A stretch of DNA of 64,000 nucleotides from IMG/VR virus record IMGVR_UViG_2791355311_000001, positions 20,471-84,470 of that record. One strand, given 5' to 3'. The position numbers and the translations under genes are program-made. This document shows positions 1-10,685 of this stretch, in pieces. The stretch's first letter is position 1; each line of letters opens with the position of its first letter. Under the pieces are notes generated by a model, which was not told the DNA's origin, did not search any database, and saw nothing but the letters and a program-made list of their open reading frames with translations. The DNA comes from a virus. Its lineage: Duplodnaviria > Caudoviricetes.

Positions 1-475
1 TAAGCCCACCACATTTACCAGCCGTATTAGCAGAGTTTACTCTTTGCACCGCAGCTTGATCTGACACTAATATCTTCTCGATTGTTCTTTTATGCACGTG
101 TGAACTAAGCTCACCTTGCACGGCTAGTTGTTTTTTACCATCTATTCTGTTTCCAGCTGCTTCACTACCTGTAACACCATAAGCATTTTTAACTATCTGA
201 AAGTGATTTTTCAAACTTCCACCTGTATAGTTTTTAAGATCAGCCATCGCTGCACCTTCATTGTGTGCATTATCTATATCACAATCAGGTATCTCATCAT
301 AAAACCATTGATGACCCAAACTAACACTTGAGCTTCTATCTGCCGGTGCCATTGTTTGTATCGTGCTTAAAAATGGTGTTTCAGTCCAGCCTATCTGATA
401 TATTCTTCTTTCTAAGTCTGCCCCGCTTTTACCAAAAGCTTCTTGTGTTGTTACTAAACCTTGTTTCATTGCCAT
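1..475 (-). CDS. Major capsid protein, N-terminal part (runs off window; DUF5309/SU10-like)
   Basis: Not in the ORF track. Manual translation from ATG at 475: MAMKQGLVTTQEAFGKSGADLERRIYQIGWTETPFLSTI...HQWFYDEI...NAHNEG...NHFQIVK; parallels the capsid protein at 22260-23273 (IIMVGAEDTPLLSLI...HSWIVD...NAQKE...NSTQIF). Confidence 0.8.
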   Translation of the reverse strand, partial: MAMKQGLVTTQEAFGKSGADLERRIYQIGWTETPFLSTIQTMAPADRSSSVSLGHQWFYDEIPDCDIDNAHNEGAAMADLKNYTGGSLKNHFQIVKNAYGVTGSEAAGNRIDGKKQLAVQGELSSHVHKRTIEKILVSDQAAVQRVNSANTAGKCGGL

Positions 476-493
476 ATTATTATTCTCCTAACT

Positions 494-1009
494 TTATGCA
501 AAAAATTTAGAATAAAAGCCTAACTTATCATCATAGCTAGCTTCGCCTCTATTCATCTTCTCTATCCTCTCATCCATAGAGATACCGCCTGCCATTCCTC
601 TACCTGTGTCAAACTCATCATCTTCTACTTGCTTATCTTTAAAGTGTGTAAGATAGATATTTTCAAAACCCATAGGGTTATAATACAAATCAGCAAATCC
701 CGGGTCTTTCTTATCAAATTCAAGTATCTTATCTATGATTTTTCTAACATTAAAGTCAGAATATTTATTTTTCATAGTTTTATCAATTTCATCTAGCTCA
801 CGCTCTTGTTCCATATGTTTGAAGTTATGATATTCATCTTCATTCATAGTTATAGTTTTTGGTTCTTTTGCTTTTGGCTCAGTTTTTTCTGCTGGCTTAT
901 CAGCTGCTTTTGTTTCTACTTTTTTTGTGCCTTGTTCGCTATTGTCTGTGCTAGGCTCTTGTCCGACATCATCCAAAGACACATCAAAAGCACTTAAATC
1001 TTTATCCAT
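494..1009 (-). CDS. Probable capsid scaffolding protein
   Basis: Acidic low-complexity N-terminus, located directly upstream of the capsid gene. Confidence 0.55.
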   Translation of the reverse strand: MDKDLSAFDVSLDDVGQEPSTDNSEQGTKKVETKAADKPAEKTEPKAKEPKTITMNEDEYHNFKHMEQERELDEIDKTMKNKYSDFNVRKIIDKILEFDKKDPGFADLYYNPMGFENIYLTHFKDKQVEDDEFDTGRGMAGGISMDERIEKMNRGEASYDDKLGFYSKFFA

Positions 1010-1440
1010 TATTTATCTCCCTCATTGTCTAATAATTCAGGCTCTACCGCTGGCAAAACTTCCACATCTGATTTATGCTCCTTTTCACCCCTGCTAGCCT
1101 TTTCAAGTTCAAGCAATCTTCTTTTTGTTTTTACAAGTTCTGCTTTTAGCTCTTCTATGGTTTTAAACTCTACAACACCAAGTGCCTCAGCCTCTTTTTC
1201 ATCTTTTGATAAAGCTTCCCACTCTTCAGGACTCATCACACTTATGGAGTTTATAAAGCCACCATTTTTTAATCGCAAAACATAATCCCCTATGTTTCCA
1301 CCATCTACCTGCCCCTTTGTGGCATTTTTACCCCTGCCACCTTCATAGACATTTAGTCCGTTACTTGCTTGATACTTGATAATACCAAGCACTTCAAACT
1401 GTTCTTTATATCTCATAAAAACTCCTTTGGTATTTTTCAT
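1009..1440 (-). CDS. Hypothetical phage protein
   Basis: ORF tightly packed between portal and scaffold. Confidence 0.6.
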   Translation of the reverse strand: MKNTKGVFMRYKEQFEVLGIIKYQASNGLNVYEGGRGKNATKGQVDGGNIGDYVLRLKNGGFINSISVMSPEEWEALSKDEKEAEALGVVEFKTIEELKAELVKTKRRLLELEKASRGEKEHKSDVEVLPAVEPELLDNEGDK

Positions 1441-1474
1441 ATTTTATTTATTTCTTTCCTACTTTTTATAAAAA

Positions 1475-3151
1475 CTATACGCCACCCATAGCTAAATTTG
1501 CTAATTCTTTTTGCTCATCGCTTAATTCTTGTTCTTGTGCTTCTTGCTGTGCTTGCATCGCTTGTTGTTCTGCCATCGCTTGCTGTTGTGCTTGCATTTG
1601 TGCTATATACTCATCTATCATCTCAAGCGGTGCATTTTCACCAAGTATAAGTGTCAAAATCTCTTTTAATATACCCGACACTATCTCTATAGACTGTATG
1701 CCGTTTTGAGCTAAGACTCCAAGCAGGCTATTAAGCTGCCCTATCTTAACCTCCTTGCTTATAGTAGTTCCAAACTCTATATTTACATCAAAATCAAGTC
1801 TATTACTACGCCTAAAGCTCTCATCACCTATCTTTGCTATAAGCTCTTCATCTTCTGTTATCTTTATAAAGTCATCATCGCTAGTATGTTTATATATAAG
1901 CTCTACAAAGTGAGTAGCATAAGATGAAAGCATAGTCTCCATTAGTGTTTGCATCATACTCTCAATTCTCATAGAACTTGATGCATTCACAGTTTGCAAA
2001 GCCCCCATTGCACGCCTATCGCTAGGGCTAGTCTGTCCGGTCATTACACTATTTACACCAGTAATTACTTCATACTCATTTTTAAGCATAGCTATCTCTT
2101 CACTAAGTGGATATGCATTTGGTTGTGGTAATGGTTGGATTATATCGCTTATGCTTTTACCTTGAATACTTTGCGCCCTTATATATTTTTTTCTTGCAGA
2201 TATGTCGCTTATAGCTATCTCTCCAACCTCTTTATCTATGATATACAAAGGGTCTATTTGATTTTCTGTTATATCTATCTTTTGATTTCTTTTTATGTTG
2301 TATTCTTCTTGTATTTCTCTTGCTATTTCACTTATACAAGACCCATAAACACAGTTTTGATTTTCTCTATCTTCTTCTAAAATCCTTGGCATATCCTCTA
2401 TACAATACCCAAAGTGAAAAGGTAGTCTTGAAAATGTAGCCTCTCTAACAAGCACATCATTAGCAAAGCTTTTTAATTTCCATACGATCTTATTATCCTT
2501 ATAACTCTTTTCGTATAAGTCTTTCATCTGTATGCGTGAGCTATCTTTACTATAAGCCCTATAAATAGCCTCTTCATCCTCCACTTGCTTATAGTATTTG
2601 CTTTTAATCTTTTGTTTTACTTCTCTTATTGATTGGTGCCATTTGTAGGCTACATATTCTATATCATTTATATCACTTGCATCTTTATCAAAGGCTAGAT
2701 CGTTTATAGGTATAAATCTAGTTCTTATTTTCTTTTCTTGCCCATCATAATAAAGGCTGGTTATTCCAAGCGGTAGATATAGTGCGGATAATACCGCCTT
2801 GCTTAATCCTACCCTATGTTCTGTTTTTTTCCATCTGTTTTTAAGCACTGCTGTTAGTGCATTTTGTAAGGTTAAATCACTATCACTTTTTAAACCAACC
2901 CTTGTTATCTCTATAGGACAACGATCGGACATAAAGCTAGTTTTAAATATTGAGTGTATTATCAAAACAGTTGTCTTTATAAGTGGTACATAAAGCCTTG
3001 ATCTGCTTCTTTCTGTATTTTTTCTTTTTGTGGTTCTGTTATCTTCTTTATATTTTGCAAGATATGCTCTTTCACAATTTAAAAATCGTTCTTGTAACTT
3101 TTCTAAATTCTTAAAAGCTTCATTTACTAATTCCAGCTTAACATCAGCCAT
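1475..3151 (-). CDS. Portal protein (P22-like podovirus type)
   Basis: 558 aa, RSRLYVP N-terminal motif, Q-rich C-terminal tail; colinear similarity with the prophage B portal (KSRIYIP, CVYG, LQDEINITRN vs IQEEYNIKRN). Confidence 0.85.
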   Translation of the reverse strand: MADVKLELVNEAFKNLEKLQERFLNCERAYLAKYKEDNRTTKRKNTERSRSRLYVPLIKTTVLIIHSIFKTSFMSDRCPIEITRVGLKSDSDLTLQNALTAVLKNRWKKTEHRVGLSKAVLSALYLPLGITSLYYDGQEKKIRTRFIPINDLAFDKDASDINDIEYVAYKWHQSIREVKQKIKSKYYKQVEDEEAIYRAYSKDSSRIQMKDLYEKSYKDNKIVWKLKSFANDVLVREATFSRLPFHFGYCIEDMPRILEEDRENQNCVYGSCISEIAREIQEEYNIKRNQKIDITENQIDPLYIIDKEVGEIAISDISARKKYIRAQSIQGKSISDIIQPLPQPNAYPLSEEIAMLKNEYEVITGVNSVMTGQTSPSDRRAMGALQTVNASSSMRIESMMQTLMETMLSSYATHFVELIYKHTSDDDFIKITEDEELIAKIGDESFRRSNRLDFDVNIEFGTTISKEVKIGQLNSLLGVLAQNGIQSIEIVSGILKEILTLILGENAPLEMIDEYIAQMQAQQQAMAEQQAMQAQQEAQEQELSDEQKELANLAMGGV

Positions 3152-3360
3152 ATAACTATCCTTTCTAACATTTAGAATAGTTTAATTAGTATTTTCCTAT
3201 TTTTTATAAAGTTTTTTATTTACAAATTTACTTTTTTTATATATAATTTCAAATTAAAGATAACTTGTGATGGATTAAAGCTGTAGTCTTGCATTCAAGG
3301 TAGGCATTTGCTTAGTATTCTGCACGCTCCTGGGGTTATCTTTTTTTTTATTTTTGTGGA

Positions 3361-3807
3361 TTATTTTTTGTTTCTTCCGCTTATATGATATAAGCCTAAG
3401 ATTACAGTACTTATAACAGAAGTGATTGAAAATGCAGTTTGTTCTGTATATACGGCATATGCTACTATACCCAAACAACTAAGTATAACTACAAAAGCCA
3501 GCCATTGCCCAATACCAGAGTATTTTATATTTGCGTCTGATTCTTTTATTCTTATTTTTTGTTCATCTTTTTCTATATTTATTAACCCATTCTCAATTTG
3601 CCTAACATGTTCATTATTTTGTAAAATTACTTCTAGATACTCTCTAGCCAAGTCTTGATTTATTTTTGCTATACTTGCAAGTTCAGATGGGTTTATCTCT
3701 ACATTTACATTTGTGTTTTGGATTATAGCCTTTACATCCATATGTTTATCCAAAACATCTTGATTTTTATTTTTTTGAGCTTTTTCTTTTAAGTTGTTCT
3801 TCTTCAA
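3361..3807 (-). CDS. Membrane protein, DUF2335-like (moron)
   Basis: PSELASI, H-x-R-x-x-E coiled segment, GQWLAF followed by two TM helices. Confidence 0.55.
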   Translation of the reverse strand: MKKNNLKEKAQKNKNQDVLDKHMDVKAIIQNTNVNVEINPSELASIAKINQDLAREYLEVILQNNEHVRQIENGLINIEKDEQKIRIKESDANIKYSGIGQWLAFVVILSCLGIVAYAVYTEQTAFSITSVISTVILGLYHISGRNKK

Positions 3808-4098
3808 TTGCTCTATCTCTCTTTTTATAAAAATCTATAAATGTTTCGCCATATTCTTTAGCGTGTTTTATCTTCACAGGCGTAAAAGCATTTCTAAAGC
3901 CCATAACAAGATAGTTAAATGCTACATTCATTTTTTGCCTCCTTATCTATCTAATAAGCACAATAATTATACCATATATTAATTAAACTTAATCAAGCTA
4001 AAACAACATAAAAGTATTTAATGCCTAAGTAAATATATTTTATCTTTTTTTTCCTAACTTTTATATATTAAAACATCTTCATCTGTATAGAAAACTAT

Positions 4099-4422
4099 TT
4101 ATTTTTTTTGGTTTTTTAAAGTAATAATTTTTACTTTTAAAAAAGGTTCATCGTCTTCGTGTTCTTTTATAAATTCAGCTTTTAAAATCTCATAATATGG
4201 TATATCCAAATTTTTTAGCATTTCCTCTGCGGCCATATTTGGATTACCAATATATCCAGTATCAATTGGGGCATCTTCTCTCGTAATTATAAATTCTTTT
4301 ACCTTGTATATTGATAACTTGTGATCACCACCAGCTCTTAAACCAGTTTTTACATTTGTTATGTTACCACTATTGTTGCCATTTACTATAACAGAATTGT
4401 TATTGTTGCTTATATTGCTCAT
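4099..4422 (-). CDS. Hypothetical protein cotranscribed with the repressor
   Basis: Overlaps the repressor stop codon; shares the NSVIVNGxNSGNI motif with it. Confidence 0.6.
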   Translation of the reverse strand: MSNISNNNNSVIVNGNNSGNITNVKTGLRAGGDHKLSIYKVKEFIITREDAPIDTGYIGNPNMAAEEMLKNLDIPYYEILKAEFIKEHEDDEPFLKVKIITLKNQKK

Positions 4423-4808
4423 TGTGTAACCTCTTTTATTTTTAGTAGCTTGTCTTTAAACTCTTGTAATATTTTGTTATTGCCGTATTCTTCAAATAAT
4501 TCTATAAACTCCATAAGCTCAGAACTAACTTTGTGCTGATGGCTATTTACTATATTTCCACTATTTGAGCCATTGACAATAACTGAATTTTGAATATCTG
4601 AATAATTACCCTTGCCATCTAATAGCCATTCCAAGCTAACAAGATTATCCTGTGAAACATCTATTAATCTCTTTGTAGGTATTGATTTTCTATCTTTCCA
4701 GCCATTTAAAGTTTTATAAGGAACATTCATTGCAACTGCTAATTCTTTATCTGTTTTGACTTCAAAAAGCCACCTTAATCGCCAAAATATATTTTCAACA
4801 TCTTGCAT
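4419..4808 (-). CDS. CI-like HTH repressor (no peptidase domain)
   Basis: ELAVAMNVPYKTLNGWKDRKSIP...VSLEWLLDGKG; divergent from a Cro-like gene. Confidence 0.8.
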   Translation of the reverse strand: MQDVENIFWRLRWLFEVKTDKELAVAMNVPYKTLNGWKDRKSIPTKRLIDVSQDNLVSLEWLLDGKGNYSDIQNSVIVNGSNSGNIVNSHQHKVSSELMEFIELFEEYGNNKILQEFKDKLLKIKEVTQ

Positions 4809-4821
4809 TTTTATCCTTTTA

Positions 4822-4873
4822 AAGTATTTTTTACTATAAAATACTTGACTTTTAAAAAAAATAGGGTTATAAT
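4822..4873 (+). promoter_or_regulatory. Sigma70 promoter with an overlapping inverted-repeat operator
   Basis: TTGACT(4845)-17 nt-TATAAT(4868); inverted repeat AAGTATTTT...AAAATACTT at 4822-4846 overlaps the -35 box. Confidence 0.7.
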
Positions 4874-4949
4874 TACCACAAAATTAAGTAAATGATTTGC
4901 CAAATATCACACATTATAGCAAATCTTTTACCAAAAAGGGCTTTAAATA

Positions 4950-5198
4950 ATGGTAAAAATAGATTTTGAAAGTATAGGTGATAGACTTGAAGCTATGAGA
5001 AAAGTAGCAGGGCTAAACAAGCAAAAAACCTATGAGCTATTAGAGACTACGAAATTTATCTATCACGAAGTCCGTTATGGTAGAAAAAAAATGCCATTAA
5101 GTTGGGCTTTTACTTTTAATGAAAAATATGGTTTTAACTTGCAATGGATTTATTCAGGACAAGGCGAAATTTTTATATCAAATAAGGATAACAAATGA
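4950..5198 (+). CDS. Cro-like HTH regulator
   Basis: IGDRLEAMRK...NLQWIYSGQGEIF, XRE-type pattern. Confidence 0.75.
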   Translation: MVKIDFESIGDRLEAMRKVAGLNKQKTYELLETTKFIYHEVRYGRKKMPLSWAFTFNEKYGFNLQWIYSGQGEIFISNKDNK

Positions 5199-5301
5199 GT
5201 TTAGAACTTAGCCTATTGATAATATCAGTAACATTTATATCTTTTATGGGTGGAGCATTTTTATCAATATTTTTATATTTGTTTTTTACAAAGGGTAAAA
5301 A

Positions 5302-5901
5302 ATGAGACCGATAGGATCAACAAAAGAGCGTTTACCTATATACAACATGACTTTTAATACATTGATTTGCCAATTAAAAATGGATAAGCATATATCAGAT
5401 GAAACCAAAAACAAGCTAATACAAGCTTACACTTTACTTTATTATACAGGTTGTAGGGTTAGCGAGATAGCAAAATTAGATGTATCAGATATTAAAAATA
5501 TAATAGCATTAAAAACACTTGCATTAAACGGTCAAACTAAAACTAAAAGACCAAGAACTATCCATTTTACAGATAGAATGATAGCTATAATAAAAGATTT
5601 TAAATTAGATAATGCTACTAAACATGGGGATTATTTGTTTTACCAAAATGGCACAAATTACCCTATGGATAAAAAAGGTTTAACCAAACTTTTAAACAAC
5701 TATCTAATGGCATATCTTAAAACAGACCTTTACACTACGCATAGCTTTAGAGCTGGCTATATAACAAGGATAGTTGAAAGCACGGGCAATATAAGAACGG
5801 CTTGTGATATGGTAGGACATAGAAATGTAACTACCACACTTAGATATATAGCTACCTCAAAAGAGCAAAAGTTAGACGCACTTGCAAAGGTATTTGGATG
5901 A
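5302..5901 (+). CDS. Small tyrosine recombinase (catalytic domain only)
   Basis: TGCRVSE, HSFRAG, GHRNVTTTLRY: complete R-H-R-H-Y set in 199 aa. Confidence 0.9.
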   Translation: MRPIGSTKERLPIYNMTFNTLICQLKMDKHISDETKNKLIQAYTLLYYTGCRVSEIAKLDVSDIKNIIALKTLALNGQTKTKRPRTIHFTDRMIAIIKDFKLDNATKHGDYLFYQNGTNYPMDKKGLTKLLNNYLMAYLKTDLYTTHSFRAGYITRIVESTGNIRTACDMVGHRNVTTTLRYIATSKEQKLDALAKVFG

Positions 5902-6278
5902 GAGAGTTTATCCCTATTCAATACTTTGATTTATCAAACACAACTAAAAAAGATATTCAAAACCTTTATTATAGAGATAAGCAAATAGGTAGAACAGATA
6001 GATTTATGATTGAAAACGGGCAGTTATTAGTGCATAATGATTATAAATGCCCACATTTTCACAAGGTAGCTGATTTATATTACAAAGCACTTGAATGTGC
6101 TAATTCACAAAGAGAGTTAGCAAAATTTGTAGCAAAGCAAACAGGTAAAGATATAAACACTGTGTATTTTTATTTTAGAAATTTCCGTTTCAAAAATCCA
6201 GACTTTGCACAACAAATATGCAATCTCTTAAAAAGATTTATAAAAGAAAATAATTTATTTGGGGATTATGATGAATAA
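5898..6278 (+). CDS. Hypothetical protein, possibly DNA-binding
   Basis: Translationally coupled to both neighbours. Confidence 0.6.
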   Translation: MREFIPIQYFDLSNTTKKDIQNLYYRDKQIGRTDRFMIENGQLLVHNDYKCPHFHKVADLYYKALECANSQRELAKFVAKQTGKDINTVYFYFRNFRFKNPDFAQQICNLLKRFIKENNLFGDYDE

Positions 6279-9186
6279 TGTATTTGAGACAATAAAGCAA
6301 ACCATATCCAAAGACGACTTAAAAGACTTTATAAGCAATGAATATGGTATAGAATTTAAAGCAAACAATGCCAATGCCTTTTGTCCTTTTCACGATCATA
6401 ATTTCCAAACACCATCACTAGGAGTGAGTGCCAATAACAACGGAGCATTTTTCCACTGCTTTGCATGCAACACCAGCGGAGATATAACCAAATTTGTAGA
6501 ACTCAAAGAAAACATATCACCACTACAAGCAGCCAAAAAAGTATGCGAATATTTTAATATACCTTGTGATATTAACGCACAAGACCTATCCGAAGAAGAA
6601 AAAAAAGAAAGAGCCAAAAAATTAGAAGCTATAAAAAGACAAAACAAAGAAAGAAGAGCCAAAGACAACGAACAAAAACAAGAACTTATCAAAAAAAATA
6701 TAATAGCAATAGGCAAAATAGCACCAACTCTTATAAGAGATTTAGAGATAAATTATTCTAGTATCAAAGACACCCTAGAAGAATCATTTCATTTATATTT
6801 TATGCCGATATTTAAAGATATTTCAAAAGACCTTTTAGGTTATAGCTTAGAGCATAAAAGCCTAGCTATCATCATAAGAGATAAAAACAACAATCCTATA
6901 AATATCAGATATAGACAAAAATTTAAATACGATAGCACTCACAAGATGCTAACAAATGAGAGAATGGACGGCAAATGGATAGGACAAGCAAATATGTCAT
7001 CTTTTCCTTTTCCACTAAGCCTATATGGAAATCACACAGACGATAAAGTGATAATCTGCGAAGGTGAAAAAGATGCACTAAATTTATATAGTGTAGGGGT
7101 TAGAGCCTTGACCTTGGGGGGAGTAAATAATAGCTTTGAGCCTTACAAAGCCTTACTAAAAGACAAGACTGTATATATATGGTTTGATAATGATGAAGCA
7201 GGGTATGAAAACGCTATCAAAAAATACCACGAATTAAAAGATGTAGCAAAAAATATATATGTAGTTTTATTTTATGCTATTAGCAAAAAGCTACCACCAA
7301 AATATGATATTAGCGATTTTATAGGGGATAATATACCAAAACTACACGCAAATACTATATATGATTTAATATCATATAGTTGCTTTAAAGTCTCAAATGT
7401 GCTTATAGATGAGATATGTGATTATTATCCAAAGCTTAGCAAAAAGCTAGAAAAATTTAGAGAGATAGAGCCTTTAAAAGAATTCATAGATATAAAAAAA
7501 GAAATTATCCAAAAAGATGATAATGGCAACTATATAAATATTTTTCCAGTCAAAGGCGAACTAGATGATGAATTTATAGACCGCATCCTAGACAAAACAA
7601 AAGCCTTAAAAAAAGAACTAGGCAATGAAAGATATGATTTATTAAAAGACCTTTATTTACGCAACTTTGTAGTAACAGAAACAGAAACAGAAAATTTTGA
7701 GCGATGGACTAAATCTTTTGACGAAGCCTTTAAGATAAGCAAAACAATGAGATCAAACTATCATCAGACACATATTGTGGATATGGTAGAAAGTCTAAAC
7801 CAAAGTTTTTACAAACTAGGCTACATCTTAGGCGAATACAAAGGCAACCTATATGTATGGACAAATAACCACTATATGAAAATAGAAATTAATTCTATGG
7901 CTAAATTTATACATAGTTACTGGATGAAAGCAGCACGGGTTGATTTAAAAAAACAAACAAGACCAAATGTTGATTTAATAGTAGCAGACCTTATAAGCTT
8001 AGCTATCAATCTTGATGAAATAAAAGCAAGACAACAAAGGCGTGTTATAAATATGTTAAATGGCACTATCTTTATAAGTAAAAATGGCAAGGTTACTTTT
8101 AAAGACAAGCACGACCACAAAGACGGCGCTACAAATATTCTTAAATTTCATTATGACCCTAATGCAACTTGCCCTAAATGGAACAGATTTTTAAGCCAAG
8201 TAATGAGCGATAGTGATGATGAAAAAACACTAATGGAATTTATAGGATATTGTTTATTACCAAGCCATGATTATGAAAGCTTTTTATTTTTATATGGCAA
8301 AAGTGGAGCAAATGGCAAGAGCGTTATTCTTGATACACTCAAAAGCTTTTTTGGTGATGATAATATCTCAGCCTTACAACTTCAGCAATTTGAAGGACAC
8401 CAGCTACACGCCCTAACAAATAAAATAATTAATATAGGTAGTGAGATAGATAAAAACTCAAGCGACAAAGGACAACTTGCCAACTTAAAAGCAATAGTTT
8501 CACCAAAGGATAATTTGCAAATAAACCCTAAAAATCAAGAGCCTTATTTATTGCTTCCAAATGAAAAACCAAAACTAGCCTTTGCAGGTAATGAAAAGCC
8601 TAGACAAGGTTTAGATAATGCAGTCTTTAGGCGTATGCTTTTAATTAGCTTTGATAAGGAAGTAAAAGACGGACAAAAGATAAGGGGGCTTAGTGATAGA
8701 TTTGCCGATGAAATGGCAGGAATTTTTAATCTAGCCATAGCAGGACTTGCAAGACTTATCACAAATGGCAAATTTACACGTTCACGCAGAATGCAAAACG
8801 AACTAGAAGAATACAAAGACGAAGTAAATCCTATCAGGGCTTTTGTGCGTGATGCAATCATACAAGATGAAAATTATTTTATACCAAGCAAATATCTATA
8901 TGCGGTATATAAGAATTTCATAGAAGACAAAGGTGGCACACCGCTTAAAGAAAAGAACTTTTTCAAAGCATTTAGAGATGAATGTTTGATGAATAATATA
9001 GTAACATCCTACGAACAAAAACGTTTGCAATCTCACTACCTAGGACTTACAAATGATAGACCTTATTGTATCGTAGGCGTTAGAATCAATCTAAATATTG
9101 ACTTTGATTCAGTAAGTTTTGGCGGACAACAGATATTTATTAACACAATGAGTGTTCGAAAAGGAGCAGAACTTGCTTCTATTTAA
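6259..9186 (+). CDS. P4-family primase-helicase (CHC2 zinc finger, TOPRIM, D5-like SF3 helicase)
   Basis: CPFHDH...FHCFAC; ICEGEKDAL; FDNDEAG; Walker A GKSGANGKS. Confidence 0.92.
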   Translation: MGIMMNNVFETIKQTISKDDLKDFISNEYGIEFKANNANAFCPFHDHNFQTPSLGVSANNNGAFFHCFACNTSGDITKFVELKENISPLQAAKKVCEYFNIPCDINAQDLSEEEKKERAKKLEAIKRQNKERRAKDNEQKQELIKKNIIAIGKIAPTLIRDLEINYSSIKDTLEESFHLYFMPIFKDISKDLLGYSLEHKSLAIIIRDKNNNPINIRYRQKFKYDSTHKMLTNERMDGKWIGQANMSSFPFPLSLYGNHTDDKVIICEGEKDALNLYSVGVRALTLGGVNNSFEPYKALLKDKTVYIWFDNDEAGYENAIKKYHELKDVAKNIYVVLFYAISKKLPPKYDISDFIGDNIPKLHANTIYDLISYSCFKVSNVLIDEICDYYPKLSKKLEKFREIEPLKEFIDIKKEIIQKDDNGNYINIFPVKGELDDEFIDRILDKTKALKKELGNERYDLLKDLYLRNFVVTETETENFERWTKSFDEAFKISKTMRSNYHQTHIVDMVESLNQSFYKLGYILGEYKGNLYVWTNNHYMKIEINSMAKFIHSYWMKAARVDLKKQTRPNVDLIVADLISLAINLDEIKARQQRRVINMLNGTIFISKNGKVTFKDKHDHKDGATNILKFHYDPNATCPKWNRFLSQVMSDSDDEKTLMEFIGYCLLPSHDYESFLFLYGKSGANGKSVILDTLKSFFGDDNISALQLQQFEGHQLHALTNKIINIGSEIDKNSSDKGQLANLKAIVSPKDNLQINPKNQEPYLLLPNEKPKLAFAGNEKPRQGLDNAVFRRMLLISFDKEVKDGQKIRGLSDRFADEMAGIFNLAIAGLARLITNGKFTRSRRMQNELEEYKDEVNPIRAFVRDAIIQDENYFIPSKYLYAVYKNFIEDKGGTPLKEKNFFKAFRDECLMNNIVTSYEQKRLQSHYLGLTNDRPYCIVGVRINLNIDFDSVSFGGQQIFINTMSVRKGAELASI

Positions 9187-9190
9187 CCCT

Positions 9191-9536
9191 TGTCTTATGA
9201 ATGTCTTATCATTGTCTTATGATTTTACACCGTTCATAAGACAGCAAAACCACGATAAACACGGGGTTAGTAGTGCCTTGTCTTATCATCTTATGATTTT
9301 TGCCCCTATATTGATTTTGAAAAATATTTTTTTTATTTTATTTTATTTTTTTCTAACTAATATAGTAAAAATCATAAGACAGATAGAAAACTTAAACAAT
9401 CAAATAACCATTTTATCGGCTTTCTCTTTTGTCATACGATTTTTAACCTTAATAAGACAGCAAAAAAGCAAAAGCCCATTTTTAGGGGCTTTGCTTGTCT
9501 TACGATTTTTTTATGATAATAAGACATATAAGACAG
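9191..9536. repeat. Iteron cluster, probable replication origin of prophage A
   Basis: About 11 copies of TGTCTTA/TAAGACA in both orientations directly after the primase gene. Confidence 0.75.
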
Positions 9537-9546
9537 GAGCTAAAAG

Positions 9547-10098
9547 ATGAACGATTTACAACAAATGGCATTTAATATCTACATAGACTCAGCAAGCTTT
9601 GAAAATGACTTTAAGCCTATGAGTGAAGAGGCCATAGCCCAAAAGATGAGAAACGAAGGACACGAGACTTCAAGCTCATCCATAAACAGATGGAAAAATA
9701 AATTTGAATGGAACAAGGCACTAGAAAATAAAATAACCCTAGCTATGAGTGAAAATAAAGAGTTAAAAAACATAATACAAAAAAGCTCACTACAAACTAC
9801 CGTAAAAAATACAAAGGTAGATATAGAACGAAATAACATGATAATAGCCGGTAGCTATGAGATCATGGAAAGAGAATTAACAAGGTTGATTAATGACCAA
9901 AAACAAAATGGCAAATTAAAGTCCAAAGAAGATATAGAGCTATTTAAATTTATAGCAACACTAAGCACACAAAGACACGACAAAATGCTTGACAGACTAG
10001 CACTTATACCACCGGAGTCGGTTTCTGGTGATGAGCTAATTAGCAGGCTCATGGATGTAACCATAGATGTTGAAGTTGAAGAAGATACACAGGAGTAA
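9547..10098 (+). CDS. HTH protein, possible small terminase
   Basis: EEAIAQ...SSSSINRWKNKFEW, a TerS-like N-terminal HTH. Confidence 0.45.
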   Translation: MNDLQQMAFNIYIDSASFENDFKPMSEEAIAQKMRNEGHETSSSSINRWKNKFEWNKALENKITLAMSENKELKNIIQKSSLQTTVKNTKVDIERNNMIIAGSYEIMERELTRLINDQKQNGKLKSKEDIELFKFIATLSTQRHDKMLDRLALIPPESVSGDELISRLMDVTIDVEVEEDTQE

Positions 10099-10101
10099 AA
10101 T

Positions 10102-10296
10102 ATGATAGAGATTAAATTTATAAGTTTGCAAAAAATCAAATATGGCAAGTATAAGGCTAGACTTTTTAATGAAAAGAAAAATCTTGTTTTAGAGATAAAC
10201 AAAGAGTTTAGACTTAATGAACTTGGAATAGTTGGACAAGAAATAATAAAAGCAGAGAAAAAAATAAAAGAAGAAGAGGAGCCTAGATTATTATGA
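10102..10296 (+). CDS. Hypothetical protein, homolog of 44370-44564
   Basis: IKFISL..K.RLFNEKKNLV.EI vs IKFVSL..KVRLFDENKKLV.EV. Confidence 0.7.
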   Translation: MIEIKFISLQKIKYGKYKARLFNEKKNLVLEINKEFRLNELGIVGQEIIKAEKKIKEEEEPRLL

Positions 10297-10685
10297 ATTT
10301 TATGACATTTGATGAATATGTAAAAATACTTAAAACCGCTGAAAAACAAGCAACCAAGACAGAGATAATGAGAATGAATAAACCGTTAAAACCTGATAAT
10401 CCGAAAGCGGTTTTTGTCAAAGTAAATGCGAAGCTCTTAGAAATTTGGGATAAAGAGTTTTATTCTTGTGTTGATAGTGAAGTTGAAAACATAATAAACG
10501 AAGCTTTAAGTAAAAAGCAAAACACAAAGCTATCAAACAGTGTTTTATCAGGTATAAAAGAAGCGAGAACAAGAATTGAGCTATTAAAAGATATCATAAA
10601 CAAAATAGCAAATATCCAATGTAATAATTTAACAAATGCAAAAAAGATAATAGCAAATATAAATGAGGTGGTGCAAAATGCTTAA
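10293..10685 (+). CDS. Hypothetical protein, homolog of 43966-44376
   Basis: TFDE..NPKAV..N.KL..W..EARTRIELLK..NIQCNN shared. Confidence 0.75.
   Translation: MNFMTFDEYVKILKTAEKQATKTEIMRMNKPLKPDNPKAVFVKVNAKLLEIWDKEFYSCVDSEVENIINEALSKKQNTKLSNSVLSGIKEARTRIELLKDIINKIANIQCNNLTNAKKIIANINEVVQNA

Noticed and set aside
9152-9550. 132-aa ORF
   Set aside because: Covers the iteron array and has repetitive, implausible composition
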